A stretch of 64,000 nucleotides of DNA from Acetobacteraceae bacterium. Its GTDB lineage: Bacteria; Pseudomonadota; Alphaproteobacteria; Acetobacterales; Acetobacteraceae. The stretch is taken from positions 2,998 through 66,997 of the forward strand of contig JASHOF010000131.1 in assembly GCA_030041255.1 (NCBI GenBank), written 5' to 3'. The notes under the pieces are model-generated. The model was not told the origin of the DNA. It saw only the letters and a program-made list of their open reading frames with translations, and did no database searches. Below, piece after piece: positions 13,028 through 22,518 of this stretch. A program made the position numbers and the translations under genes. How positions within the stretch are numbered: the stretch's first letter is position 1; the number at the start of each line of letters is the position of its first letter.

Positions 13028-13450
13028 CGAATTTGCTCTCTCTGCCGTGGCTGACGCCGGCGGTTCACGGGGCCCAGGCCATCGGTGGGGCGTCACACAC
13101 TGGCCCGGGCCTTGGCACGCGATCGATAGCCGTGACATCGGATGGTGTCATCGAACAACTCCCGGGAGGGAACGGAGGAGGAGTGCACGCGCCGTTTCCG
13201 GAGAGCAAGAGGGAGAATCTCCTGCCCGCCGGGGGCCGGGTGAGATCGGCAAGCCATCGATCCTGGGCGAAGCGAGGCGTCGACGGGCGTTCCCAGCGCG
13301 CGGCACCCGATCGGTTCGTCACGATGCCGCGACGGATCGCCGTTCGGCCGGAGCCCGGCCAGCCAGAGGCCTGCCCGGGCCGCCGCGGCCTCTCCGAGTG
13401 AGGCGCTCGGGACTTGCCGTCCGCGCCGGGCCTGCCATATCCACGGATGC

Positions 13451-14179
13451 ATGCATAGTCGTATTCCGGCTCGAGGAAAGCGGCGGCCACGGACGCCCAA
13501 GGAGAACGCGGCAACCTTCAGCGCTTCGATCATCGCCACCATCAAAGAGCGTATCATCAACTGGCAGTACCCGCCCGAGCACAGGCTGACGGAAGATGGA
13601 CTGTGCCGCGAGTTCGGCGTCAGCCGGAGCCCGGTGCGCGAGGCCCTGCGTGTGCTGACCACGAACGGGTTCGTACGACGGCTGGACAATCGCGGCTATG
13701 CGGTCCGCCAGGTGAAGCTTCAGGAACTGAAGGAACTGTACGATGTCCGACTGGCGCTCGAGCTGTTCGCGGTGGAGCAGCTCGCTTCCGGTGGCGCCCC
13801 AGGCAACGACATTGCCGCGCTGGCCAGGACCTGGAAGGAGGTGCGGCGGCACCCGCCGATGGATCAAGGGGAGCTCGCGAAACTCGATTCGCGATTCCAC
13901 GAGGAACTTGCCCGACTGGCGGGCAACGGGCTACTGACGCAGCAGCTGCAGGCGATTAACGAACGGCTGCTGATCTTTCGCATGATCGACTTTGCCCAGG
14001 CTGATCGTGTGGAGGACACCTGTACCCAACACCTTGCATTACTGGAGCGGATTGCCGCCGGCGATGCCCAGGGCGCGCGCGAGGCAGTACGCCGCAACAT
14101 CGAAGATGGGCGGAATATCGTCGGCAGCTCGATCAAGGAAGCACTGGCGCGCTCTTATACCGGCGGCCACGAAACGTGA
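13451..14179 (+). CDS. GntR-family transcriptional regulator (FadR/FCD subfamily)
   Basis: ORF 13451..14179. The winged HTH reads LTEDGLCREFGVSRSPVREALRVLTTNGFVRR, followed by a helical FCD-like C-terminal domain. Confidence 0.85.
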   Translation: MHSRIPARGKRRPRTPKENAATFSASIIATIKERIINWQYPPEHRLTEDGLCREFGVSRSPVREALRVLTTNGFVRRLDNRGYAVRQVKLQELKELYDVRLALELFAVEQLASGGAPGNDIAALARTWKEVRRHPPMDQGELAKLDSRFHEELARLAGNGLLTQQLQAINERLLIFRMIDFAQADRVEDTCTQHLALLERIAAGDAQGAREAVRRNIEDGRNIVGSSIKEALARSYTGGHET

Positions 14180-14258
14180 CTCCTGGAAGGATGGCGAGGC
14201 CGCTGGAACCATCCTGGTTTCGTGCGTGGCAGCCTGACCGGCCGACGGGTCCCGCCAC

Positions 14259-14285
14259 GCGCGTGCGACGGAGGCTCGCACGCGC
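14259..14285 (+). promoter_or_regulatory. perfect 10-bp inverted repeat upstream of the DUF2877 gene (operator or attenuator hairpin candidate)
   Basis: GCGCGTGCGA-CGGAGGC-TCGCACGCGC, located 60 nt upstream of ATG 14346. Confidence 0.3.
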
Positions 14286-14345
14286 GCAATACCGTGTGGC
14301 CGTTCGGGTCGCCGCCATTGTGCCGGTTCCTGATCGGGAAGCACG

Positions 14346-15290
14346 ATGCGGCTCTCGGCGCTGACCGCCGGGGCCGGTGTGCCGGAAGCCGACTTTTCCG
14401 GGCACGTCGCGGAGGTGCATGCGCGCGCCTGCCTCGTCGAGCTGGCTGACGAGACATTGCTGACGCTGCTCGCGGCGGAGCTGGGCAGCCAACCGTGCGG
14501 GATTACGCTTTCGGCGCCTTTCGGATTCTCGTTTTCCCCAATGCTTGCCAGAGGTGCAAGGCTTGCGGCACGGGCCCGGGTGCTGCGGTTCGCCGGCGGC
14601 ACCCTCGTCGTCGATCTGCGCACGGTGCGGCGGTGGCGGAGCAACCTTCCAGCAGTCGCCATCGATCTGCAAAAGCTCCCGGTTCTGGCGGCCTGGCGGG
14701 GCGCCTGGGCGGCGCTCCGGGCGGACGGCCGGAGCGCGCCATTCGCCATGCCCGCCGGGACGGCCATTGCCGCGCTCAGATCGGCAACGTGTGGTCGTGA
14801 TGCGGCCGCCGCTCGAGACGCAATGATACAACTGGTCGGCCTTGGCGCGGGCCGTACCCCCGCCGGAGATGACTTCCTGGTCGGTTACGCAGCCGGCCTG
14901 CAGGTTTCCCGGATGAACGAAGCGGACCGATCATTCGTCCCGACGCTTCTCAGCCATCTCAAGGAACTCAGCGTCCGCACCAACCGGTTGAGTCGCGTCT
15001 ATCTGGACGCTGCCGCCGAGGGAGAAATCTCGGAACGCTTGCACGACGTGGCGCAGACGATCGCCTCGGGCGGCGAAGCTGCCGCGATCCGGCGCGCGCT
15101 CGCCGATGCGCTCGCCATCGGCCATTGCTCCGGCGCCGCGGGCGTGCTCGGCCTGTTGCATGGCTCCTCGGTTGACAGCGCGATTCAATCGGAAGCGGAC
15201 GAGACGCCCTCCGATAAAGTTTCCGTGACCCTTCCGGCCTGTTCGCCGCGCAAGGCGAACCCCATGCAGATCGCACCGAGCAGCAGATAG
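14346..15290 (+). CDS. DUF2877-family protein (YlbF/AllH-like, oxamate carbamoyltransferase-type subunit)
   Basis: ORF 14346..15290. The conserved-looking central motif is GLGAGRTPAGDDFLVGY, with AIGHCSGAAG near the C-terminus. The family assignment is from memory of YlbF-type proteins and from the genomic link with FdrA/DUF1116/carbamate kinase. Confidence 0.6.
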   Translation: MRLSALTAGAGVPEADFSGHVAEVHARACLVELADETLLTLLAAELGSQPCGITLSAPFGFSFSPMLARGARLAARARVLRFAGGTLVVDLRTVRRWRSNLPAVAIDLQKLPVLAAWRGAWAALRADGRSAPFAMPAGTAIAALRSATCGRDAAAARDAMIQLVGLGAGRTPAGDDFLVGYAAGLQVSRMNEADRSFVPTLLSHLKELSVRTNRLSRVYLDAAAEGEISERLHDVAQTIASGGEAAAIRRALADALAIGHCSGAAGVLGLLHGSSVDSAIQSEADETPSDKVSVTLPACSPRKANPMQIAPSSR

Positions 15291-16777
15291 CCGAGCGCGA
15301 CCTGGGGCGATGCGACCCATGCGAGGTGCGTGCCATGGATGAAGCCAAAAAAGGAAAGAATGGCCGCCACCAGGGCGTAAGCGGCTGCGTTCCTGAACTC
15401 GCGGTCGATGATGAAGGCGGCGATCGCGCCGAGCATCAGGCCGGCCAGTACCGCGCCCCCGCCCAGGAGCTGCATTCCCTGGTAGACGACGCCCGTATCC
15501 ATCAACTTTCCCATGCCGAGCTGGGCGGCCGACGTGCCGGCGGCGCTCAACGCGCCGTCGATCTGCGTCTGCCCCCATTCGGCGATGTTTGGAATGAGCG
15601 CCAGAACGACCGCCGGCGCGTGCCGGGACGGCACTGCCTGGAATGCCTGCGCCCCGATCACGAGGCCGATATAGAGCAGGATCGGCAGGATCGCGACCAA
15701 CGGCACGACAGCCAGCAGGAGCGCCGTGAGCCCGAGGAAGCAGACCAGGGCAATCACCACTCCGGTTGCCAGCGAATAGCCGATCCGTCCGCCGACCTCC
15801 TTCCACCCTGGATGGCCAATATAGACGGCGGGTGGGAACGGGCTGCCGAGAATCGAGCCGACCACGGCGCCGATGCCGTCGGCGAACAGGATGTGGCGCA
15901 GATTGTACTCGTCGCCCGCCGCGGCGGCGCTTTCGACGTTGTTCATCCCTTCCGTGAAGTTGTAGATGCCCAGTGGAATGGCCGTTGCCAGCAAGGGTGC
16001 GATATTGGCGAGGCCGGATATCACGTCGGCACTCGGCCGCGGCAGGTGGATGCCGAATTCGACAAATGATGCGATGACCTGCTTCGCATTCACCACGTCC
16101 GTCCAGCCCAGCACGGCGGCGATCCAGGCGATCACCGTGCCGACGACGATCGCCGCAAGGCCACCCGGCACGCCCCAGGGCAGGCGCACATTCGCGGTCC
16201 AGGATATCAGGACGATGGCCAGCGAAACGAAGGCAACCCACGGCACCTCCCACATCTGGAACGCAGGGCGCATCGAAATGAAGGCGATCGATATGCCGGC
16301 CAGCGTACCCAGCATCGCCGCGCGCGGCGTGAGGCGACGGATGGTGGGGCCGATGAAGGCGCCGATCAGTACGATGACGCCGATGATGAATGCCCAGGCG
16401 AGGCCTGCCTGCCACGCGACCAACGGATTGTGCGTCTGGAGATAAATCGGCAGCATGATCACGAACACGACGATGAACATGTGCGGCACGCTCGGCCCGT
16501 ACGGCATCGCCGTGACGTCGTTGCGGCCTTCGGTTTTGGCGAGCCTGTAAGCAAGATAAGCGTACCAAAGATTGCCGATTGGCAGTGCGATGCCGAGAGC
16601 GGGCAGGATGCGGCCGTAAACGATGCCGTCCGGCAGCTTGACCACGCCGAGGCAAAGCCCCGTCAGCACGATCACGTTGAGAACCACGTTGGTGAACAGT
16701 CCGAAGAAGCCATTCCAATCCCCGGCCACCCACCAGCGGATCGGCTCTTTCCGGGCGTGCTGTACAGAGCTCGACAT
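15185..16777 (-). CDS. NCS2/AzgA-like permease (xanthine/uracil/purine-type transporter family)
   Basis: ORF 15185..16777, 530 aa and highly hydrophobic multi-TMS. A strong SD (AGGAGG) lies 7 nt upstream. Its sequence style (NFTEGMNNVESAAAAGD, IGHPGWK) fits AGZA-type permeases. Confidence 0.75.
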   Translation of the reverse strand: MSSSVQHARKEPIRWWVAGDWNGFFGLFTNVVLNVIVLTGLCLGVVKLPDGIVYGRILPALGIALPIGNLWYAYLAYRLAKTEGRNDVTAMPYGPSVPHMFIVVFVIMLPIYLQTHNPLVAWQAGLAWAFIIGVIVLIGAFIGPTIRRLTPRAAMLGTLAGISIAFISMRPAFQMWEVPWVAFVSLAIVLISWTANVRLPWGVPGGLAAIVVGTVIAWIAAVLGWTDVVNAKQVIASFVEFGIHLPRPSADVISGLANIAPLLATAIPLGIYNFTEGMNNVESAAAAGDEYNLRHILFADGIGAVVGSILGSPFPPAVYIGHPGWKEVGGRIGYSLATGVVIALVCFLGLTALLLAVVPLVAILPILLYIGLVIGAQAFQAVPSRHAPAVVLALIPNIAEWGQTQIDGALSAAGTSAAQLGMGKLMDTGVVYQGMQLLGGGAVLAGLMLGAIAAFIIDREFRNAAAYALVAAILSFFGFIHGTHLAWVASPQVALGYLLLGAICMGFALRGEQAGRVTETLSEGVSSASD

Positions 16778-16847
16778 GGATTTACCTCCTGCGCGGGGCA
16801 GAATTCAGCCCTTGCTCGCGCGATCCCGCCACTTTCCGGGTCCCGGC

Positions 16848-17552
16848 TTATGTCGGTGCATGCTGCGGCGCGCGCTCTCGCAGCGCGGCGTGCGTCAGCA
16901 CCGGCAACAGGTCCGCAGATTCGCCTACCCAACCGAAGATGCCACCTTGCGCTTTGACCATTTCCAGCGCGACGCGCTGGAACTCCGGAAAATACGACCC
17001 CACGCAGTCGGCGAGGACGAGGCAATCATAGCCGCGGTCGTTTGCTTCACGTACCGTCGTGTTGACACAGACCTCGGTGGTCACGCCGCAGACGACGAGC
17101 TGGCGAATATCCCGGCTATGCAGGATTGCCTCGAGATCCGTCGCGTAGAAGGCACCCTTGCCGGGCTTGTCCACCACCGGTTCGTCCGGTCGTGGCCGCA
17201 GCTCGTCGATGATGTCGTGGCCGTATTCACCGCGCACCAGGATGCGCCCCATTGGACCGGCATCGCCGATGCCTGTTTTCAGGCGGCCGCGCGCCTTTTT
17301 GGCCGGAGGAAGATCGGCCAGATCGGGCCGGTGGCCTTCGCGCGTGTGAATGACCAGCAGACCCGAGGCGCGCGCTGCGTCCAGCACGCGGGCCGTGGGC
17401 GGCACCGCCTTGCGCAACAATGACACGTCATTGCCGAGGGCCTCGCCGAAGCCGCCCGGATCGACGAAGTCCCGCTGCATGTCGATGATCAGGAGCGCCG
17501 TATGCGCCAGCTCGAAGCTGAATTCGTAAGGCTCGGCGGGAACTCCCGGCAT
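16848..17552 (-). CDS. isochorismatase-fold cysteine hydrolase, biuret/triuret-hydrolase-like
   Basis: ORF 16848..17666, with the start at [11 protein letters not shown] (ATG 17550-17552) and a GGGGGAGAAG SD. Motifs are [32 protein letters not shown] and the catalytic-Cys context GVTTEVCV. It lies directly downstream of an allophanate hydrolase gene. Confidence 0.65.
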   Translation of the reverse strand: MPGVPAEPYEFSFELAHTALLIIDMQRDFVDPGGFGEALGNDVSLLRKAVPPTARVLDAARASGLLVIHTREGHRPDLADLPPAKKARGRLKTGIGDAGPMGRILVRGEYGHDIIDELRPRPDEPVVDKPGKGAFYATDLEAILHSRDIRQLVVCGVTTEVCVNTTVREANDRGYDCLVLADCVGSYFPEFQRVALEMVKAQGGIFGWVGESADLLPVLTHAALRERAPQHAPT

Positions 17553-17581
17553 TTGCTCTTCTCCCCCAGGGCGCTCTGCCG

Positions 17582-19423
17582 TCAGTCTTGCCGGCACGCG
17601 AGATAGCGGCGCCAGCCGCCCAGATCCGTGATGTCCTCCGCGTCCGCGACGGCGTAGGCTTCGCACAGGAAGCCCTGCACGGTCTCGCCATCATCGAGCG
17701 CGACGGTGCCGATTCCGAGCGGCGCCGGAATCCCGGCCACGAACCCCGCGAAGGCGGCGAACGGGAGTTCCCAGACCTCCACCTCGATCGCCCGGCCAGG
17801 CTCTCTCCTGAGCAAGCCGGGGCGTGCCGGGGGGCCGCCGGGAAGGGCGTAGAGGCGATAGTGCGGCGCCGTGCGACAGGCCCTGACGAGGCGCGCGCCG
17901 CGCCCGGCAAGTTCGCCGTTGAGCGCCAGCCCGGCCATATGGGCACCGCACACCGCGATTCGCAGCGTTGCGGCCACCCGGCTGGCTTCGAGCGGCGGCA
18001 TCGTGGCGAGCTGCAGCCTGGTCGCGCCGACGGTCTCGTTCCCCGCGCGGTGCAGAGCATCAGCGAGGGCGGCAAGCGCGGCATCGTGCCAAGCCGGCGC
18101 GACCAGCGTGATGCCGAATGCAAGCCCGTCTTCCTGCAGCCCGGCCGGCAGCGCGATCGCCGATAAGTCCAGCAGATTCACGAAATTGGTGTAATAGCCC
18201 AGCGCCGCATTCAGGTTCAGGGGGTCGGCGAGCAGTTCGGCCACGGTGTATTGCCGCCCGGCGGTCGGCGTCATCAAGGCATCGATCTCCTGCCACAGCG
18301 GCTCCATCGCGCGGCGCAGTGCCCGGAGGCGATAGAAGGCGGCAAAGGCGTCGGCGGCGCTTGGCGCCTTGCCGGCGCCAATGATCTGTCTGGTGACGGG
18401 ATGCAGCGCCTCGGGATGACGGTCGAAGAAGTCGCGGATCGCAACGTAGCGCTCGGCGATCCAGGGCCCTTCGTACAGCAGCCGCGCGACCTCCAGGAAG
18501 GGGGCAAAGTCAACCTCGACGAGGTTGGCGCCGAGCCGCCTGGCCAGCCTGAGCATGGCGGCGAAGCAGGCTTCGCCTGCCGCATTGCCGAAAAACTGCA
18601 ACTGATCGGACTGCGGGATACCGAACCGGCAGCTAGCTAGGGTGCGGCGGGCGATGCCAGCGGCCGCCGCGTCCGGACAGCGGGAGTAGGGGTCCGCAGG
18701 ATCGAAACCGGAAGCGACTTCCAGTACGGAGAGGGCGTCGGCGGCGGTCAGCGCTAAAATCGATACGCAGTCGAGCGATCGGCAGGCCGGTACCACTCCG
18801 CGGGTGCTGATGTAGCCGCGGGTCGGCTTGAGGCCGATCAGGTTGTTGAAGGCCGCCGGCACGCGCCCCGATCCGGCCGTATCGGTCCCCAGCGCGAAGC
18901 TGACGAGGCCGGCCGCCACGGCCACCGCCGAGCCGGAACTGGAGCCTCCGGGAACATAGTCGGCGTTGAAGGGAGAGCGTGGCGTCCCATGGGGCGAGCG
19001 GGTGCCATTGAGGCCGGTTGCGAACTGATCGAGATTGGTCTTGCCGATCGGGATGGCGCCCGCTTCGACCAGGCGCTGGACCGCCGGCGCGGAAGCCTGA
19101 GGGAGATAGGCGAAGGCCGGGCAGGCGGCCGTGGTGGGGCTGCCTGCAAGGTCGATATTGTCCTTGATGGCGAACGGAATGCCGTACAGCGGCTTGCCCT
19201 CAGGCCCGGCGGCCTCGAGTGCGCGGGCGGCGGTGAGCAGGGCGGCCGGATCCGGGCCTTTAATCCAGACATGATCCTCCCCGCGCGCCTCGATCCGGGC
19301 GAGCAGCCGTTCCACCAGCGCCGCCGGGGTGAGCGTGCCGGCGCGATAAGCCGCGCGCAGGGTGGCGCAGTCCAGGCTCTCGGCGGCGGCCGTTGCGGAG
19401 GGCGGTGCCGGCAGTTCCTGCAT
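17582..19423 (-). CDS. atzF: allophanate hydrolase (amidase-signature enzyme with C-terminal AtzF-type domain)
   Basis: ORF 17582..19423, 613 aa. The amidase signature is [32 protein letters not shown]. About 150 aa of extra C-terminal domain are typical of allophanate hydrolases. Confidence 0.8.
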   Translation of the reverse strand: MQELPAPPSATAAAESLDCATLRAAYRAGTLTPAALVERLLARIEARGEDHVWIKGPDPAALLTAARALEAAGPEGKPLYGIPFAIKDNIDLAGSPTTAACPAFAYLPQASAPAVQRLVEAGAIPIGKTNLDQFATGLNGTRSPHGTPRSPFNADYVPGGSSSGSAVAVAAGLVSFALGTDTAGSGRVPAAFNNLIGLKPTRGYISTRGVVPACRSLDCVSILALTAADALSVLEVASGFDPADPYSRCPDAAAAGIARRTLASCRFGIPQSDQLQFFGNAAGEACFAAMLRLARRLGANLVEVDFAPFLEVARLLYEGPWIAERYVAIRDFFDRHPEALHPVTRQIIGAGKAPSAADAFAAFYRLRALRRAMEPLWQEIDALMTPTAGRQYTVAELLADPLNLNAALGYYTNFVNLLDLSAIALPAGLQEDGLAFGITLVAPAWHDAALAALADALHRAGNETVGATRLQLATMPPLEASRVAATLRIAVCGAHMAGLALNGELAGRGARLVRACRTAPHYRLYALPGGPPARPGLLRREPGRAIEVEVWELPFAAFAGFVAGIPAPLGIGTVALDDGETVQGFLCEAYAVADAEDITDLGGWRRYLACRQD

Positions 19424-19536
19424 AGCGGGTCAGTTCTTCCTGCGGACTTGCCGCGCCCATTGTACCCAGATTAGCATACAAAATTGCAGACGCAGCGCTA
19501 CCGAAATTTTTGCCCCTTACGCGCGGAGCAGGCGGC

Positions 19537-21084
19537 ATGGCGAGCCTCGCCAAAATCGTGCGAAACTTCTACCGTGATTCCGTCACGCTGATGCACCTTT
19601 CGGCCCGTCTTTCCGCCTTGCCGGGGGTCTCCCAGGCGTCGGCAGTCATGGCGTCGGAACGCAATCTCGCGCTGCTCAGGGAAGCGGGGCTGCTGGCCTC
19701 GGATGCGGGAGCCGGCCCGAACGATCTGCTGCTGGCCCTCGCGGGCGACGAGGCGGCCATCGCTGCCGCACTGGCCGCCGCCGAGCAGGGCCTGTATGAG
19801 GCCCCGTCGACGGAGAATGGCGGGCGGCAGCAGCAACCGCCGCGCAGCCTGGAGATGGGTCTCGAGGAAACCCCGGGGGCCAATCTCGCTCTGATCTCCA
19901 CGCCCGGAGACTATGCCACCGCCGAGGCTATGAAGGCTTTGCGGCTCGGCCTCCATGTCATGTTGTTCAGCGACAACGTTCCGGTTGCTGATGAGATTGC
20001 CCTGAAGCGCTATGCCGCGGCGCATGCGTTGATGATGATGGGACCGGATTGCGGGACTGCCATCATTGGCGGCGTGCCGCTCGGATTTGCCAACGTTGTC
20101 CGCCGCGGCGGCATTGGCCTCGTGGGAGCGTCCGGTACCGGCCTTCAGCAGGTCAGCTCGCTGATCGACCGCCTGGGCGGGGGGATCAGCCAGGCGGTCG
20201 GCACCGGCGGCCATGATCTTTCCGCCGAGATCGGCGGCATGACGATGCGGCAAGGGGTGGCGGCGCTGGCAGCGGACACGGCCACACGCGTGATCGTGCT
20301 GATCTCCAAACCGCCAGCCCCGCCGGTTGCGGCCCAGATCCTGGAAGAAGCACGGCAGGCCGGCAAGCCGGTGATCGTCACTTTCATCGGTGCGGATCCT
20401 GGCCCGATCGCTGCCCTTGGGCTGACCCCGGCGAAGACGCTGGAAGATGCCGCCGTGGCCGCGGTTGCGCTCGAGACCGGAAGGCGAGGAGAGCGATCCC
20501 ATTCGCTGCCGGAGGAGCGGCCGCGCCCGGCCGGCGAAGAAGGCAGCCGACGCCAGCGCTACGTGCGTGGCCTCTATAGCGGCGGCACGTTCTGCTACGA
20601 GGCGAGCCTGCTGCTCGGCGAAAGCCTGCCCGATGTCTTCTCCAACACCCCGGTCGGCAACGCGCTGAAACTCGACAACGTATGGCAGAGCCACGCGCAC
20701 ACGCTGCTCGACCTTGGCGATGACGTGTTCACGCGCGGTCGCCCGCATCCGATGATCGACCCCAGGCTGCGACTCGAGCGGCTGGCAGCGGAGGCCGGCG
20801 ATCCGGAGACCGCGGTCATCCTGCTCGACATCGTGCTCGGCTATGGCGCACACCCCGATCCCGCGGGCGCGATCGCGCCCGCGATCGAAGCCGCGATCGC
20901 AGCGGCCCGGGCATCCGGGAGGCAACTGGCCGTCGTCGGCTTCGTCTGCGGCACAGCGGCCGATCCCCAGAATCTCGAGCAACAGGAAGCACGGCTGACT
21001 GCCGCCGGCATGAAGCTCGCCCAGAGCAACGCCGAGGCGGCGCGGCGCGCGGTTCGCATCGCGACCGCGCTTCGGGGAGCGTGA
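19537..21084 (+). CDS. fdrA: FdrA-family protein (succinyl-CoA-synthetase-like; AllF-type)
   Basis: ORF 19510..21084, with the start at MASLAKIVRNFYRDSVTLM (ATG 19537), which mirrors the FdrA N-terminus. A CoA-ligase-like core is present (GPDCGTAII, GLVGASGTG). Confidence 0.8.
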   Translation: MASLAKIVRNFYRDSVTLMHLSARLSALPGVSQASAVMASERNLALLREAGLLASDAGAGPNDLLLALAGDEAAIAAALAAAEQGLYEAPSTENGGRQQQPPRSLEMGLEETPGANLALISTPGDYATAEAMKALRLGLHVMLFSDNVPVADEIALKRYAAAHALMMMGPDCGTAIIGGVPLGFANVVRRGGIGLVGASGTGLQQVSSLIDRLGGGISQAVGTGGHDLSAEIGGMTMRQGVAALAADTATRVIVLISKPPAPPVAAQILEEARQAGKPVIVTFIGADPGPIAALGLTPAKTLEDAAVAAVALETGRRGERSHSLPEERPRPAGEEGSRRQRYVRGLYSGGTFCYEASLLLGESLPDVFSNTPVGNALKLDNVWQSHAHTLLDLGDDVFTRGRPHPMIDPRLRLERLAAEAGDPETAVILLDIVLGYGAHPDPAGAIAPAIEAAIAAARASGRQLAVVGFVCGTAADPQNLEQQEARLTAAGMKLAQSNAEAARRAVRIATALRGA

Positions 21085-22493
21085 GCGTGCCGCTATTCGA
21101 CCAGGAGCTCACGGTGCTGAATGTCGGGCTGTCTGCTTTCGCCGATGCGATCAGGCTCGCCGGCGGCAAGGCAGTCGAGATCGAATGGTCGCCGCCGGCC
21201 GGCGGTGATCGTAGCGCCGGTCTCACGTTGGCGCGCCTCGTCAACGACCCCAGAGTGGAAGCGGCCAACCGGGCTGCATTCGCGGCCTATCTCGCGGCCG
21301 AACCCGTGCTCGAGGGAATCGGGCGCGCAGCGGAGGTGATTCCGGGATTGCGCGGGCGCACGATCCTGCATGCCGGGCCGCCCATTGCGTGGCAAAAGAT
21401 GTGCGGACCGATGCAGGGTGCCGTGATCGGCGCCATCCTGTTCGAGGGCTGGGCGTCACGTGAAAACGCGGCGCGCGCGCTGGCGGAGCGGGGCGAGGTT
21501 CTGTTCTCACCTTGTCACCATCACGGCGCCGTTGGGCCGATGGCCGGCGTTATAAGCCCCTCCATGCCGGTCTGGATCGTTCGCGACCCGGCCAGCGGGC
21601 GGCGGAGTTTTTGCAACCTCAACGAAGGTCTCGGCAAGGTACTGCGTTTCGGCGCCAACGGCACCGAGGTGATCGAGCGCCTGGCGTGGATGGCGACGAC
21701 GCTGAAGACGGTGCTCGAGGCGACGCTCGGCGAAGCGGGCCCCATCGCGCTGAAGCCGCTGATGGCGCAGGCGCTGCACATGGGTGATGAAGTCCATAAC
21801 CGGAACACGGCCGCGACATCCTTGCTGCTGCGCCGGTTGTTGCCACCGATGCTGCGCTCGCGGGCAAGCCGCGATGACATCGCTGCCGCCATCGCCTTCA
21901 TTGCCGGCAACGATCATTTCTTCCTCAATCTCTCGATGGCCGCCTGCAAGGCGATGCTGGATGCGGCGCGCGACGTTGCCGGAAGCAGCATGGTCGTTGC
22001 GATGGCGCGCAACGGGGTCGAGTTCGGCATCCAACTGAGCGGAACCGGCGATTGCTGGTTCATGACCGCTTCGCCGGTCGTCGATGGGCTCTATTTCCCC
22101 GGCTACAGCATCGCCGATGCCGCGCCGGACCTCGGCGACAGCGCCATTACCGAAACCGCCGGTCTCGGTGGCTTTGCCATGGCGGCGGCGCCCGCGATCG
22201 TCAAGTTCGTCGGTGGCACGCCCGACGATGCCATCGCCAACACGCGGGCGATGGGTCACGTGACGCTCGGGAGCAACGGGGGTTTTACGCTGCCGGCGAT
22301 GAACTTTGCCGGCACGCCAGCCGGCATCGATGCGCGCAGGGTCCTCGACAGCGGCCTTCTGCCGGTGATCAATACCGGCATCGCCCATCGCCAGGCCGGC
22401 ATTGGACAGATCGGCGCCGGCATCACGCATGCTCCGCTCGCATGTTTCACGCAAGCGGTGACGGCACTGGCCGCAACACTGCCCGACGAATGA
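21081..22493 (+). CDS. DUF1116-family protein (YlbE/AllG-like)
   Basis: ORF 21081..22493, with a GTG start overlapping the fdrA stop (GTGA). The sequence style is SPCHHHGAVGPMAG, and the position between fdrA and carbamate kinase matches the E. coli fdrA-ylbE arrangement. Confidence 0.7.
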   Translation: MSVPLFDQELTVLNVGLSAFADAIRLAGGKAVEIEWSPPAGGDRSAGLTLARLVNDPRVEAANRAAFAAYLAAEPVLEGIGRAAEVIPGLRGRTILHAGPPIAWQKMCGPMQGAVIGAILFEGWASRENAARALAERGEVLFSPCHHHGAVGPMAGVISPSMPVWIVRDPASGRRSFCNLNEGLGKVLRFGANGTEVIERLAWMATTLKTVLEATLGEAGPIALKPLMAQALHMGDEVHNRNTAATSLLLRRLLPPMLRSRASRDDIAAAIAFIAGNDHFFLNLSMAACKAMLDAARDVAGSSMVVAMARNGVEFGIQLSGTGDCWFMTASPVVDGLYFPGYSIADAAPDLGDSAITETAGLGGFAMAAAPAIVKFVGGTPDDAIANTRAMGHVTLGSNGGFTLPAMNFAGTPAGIDARRVLDSGLLPVINTGIAHRQAGIGQIGAGITHAPLACFTQAVTALAATLPDE

Positions 22494-22518
22494 CCAGGGA
22501 TCGCGGCGTGGGGGAGGA

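Noticed and set aside
13140-13330. Possible cobalamin riboswitch in the glycosyltransferase leader (GGTGCC and GGGAA elements on the minus strand, GGGAGAATCTCCTGCC on the plus strand)
   Set aside because: There is no B12-box (GCCACTG context) and no consistent order of conserved elements on either strand. The resemblance is limited to short GC-rich words.
14931-16733. 600-aa minus-strand ORF, plus 528-aa ORF 55558..57144, 494-aa ORF 19498..20982, 534-aa ORF 46840..48444, 464-aa ORF 41309..42703 and 480-aa ORF 33530..34972
   Set aside because: All are alternative or antisense frames of genes with clear family signatures (permease, MFS, fdrA, serA, glmM, tolB). Their translations are Arg/Gly/Pro-rich low-complexity sequence.
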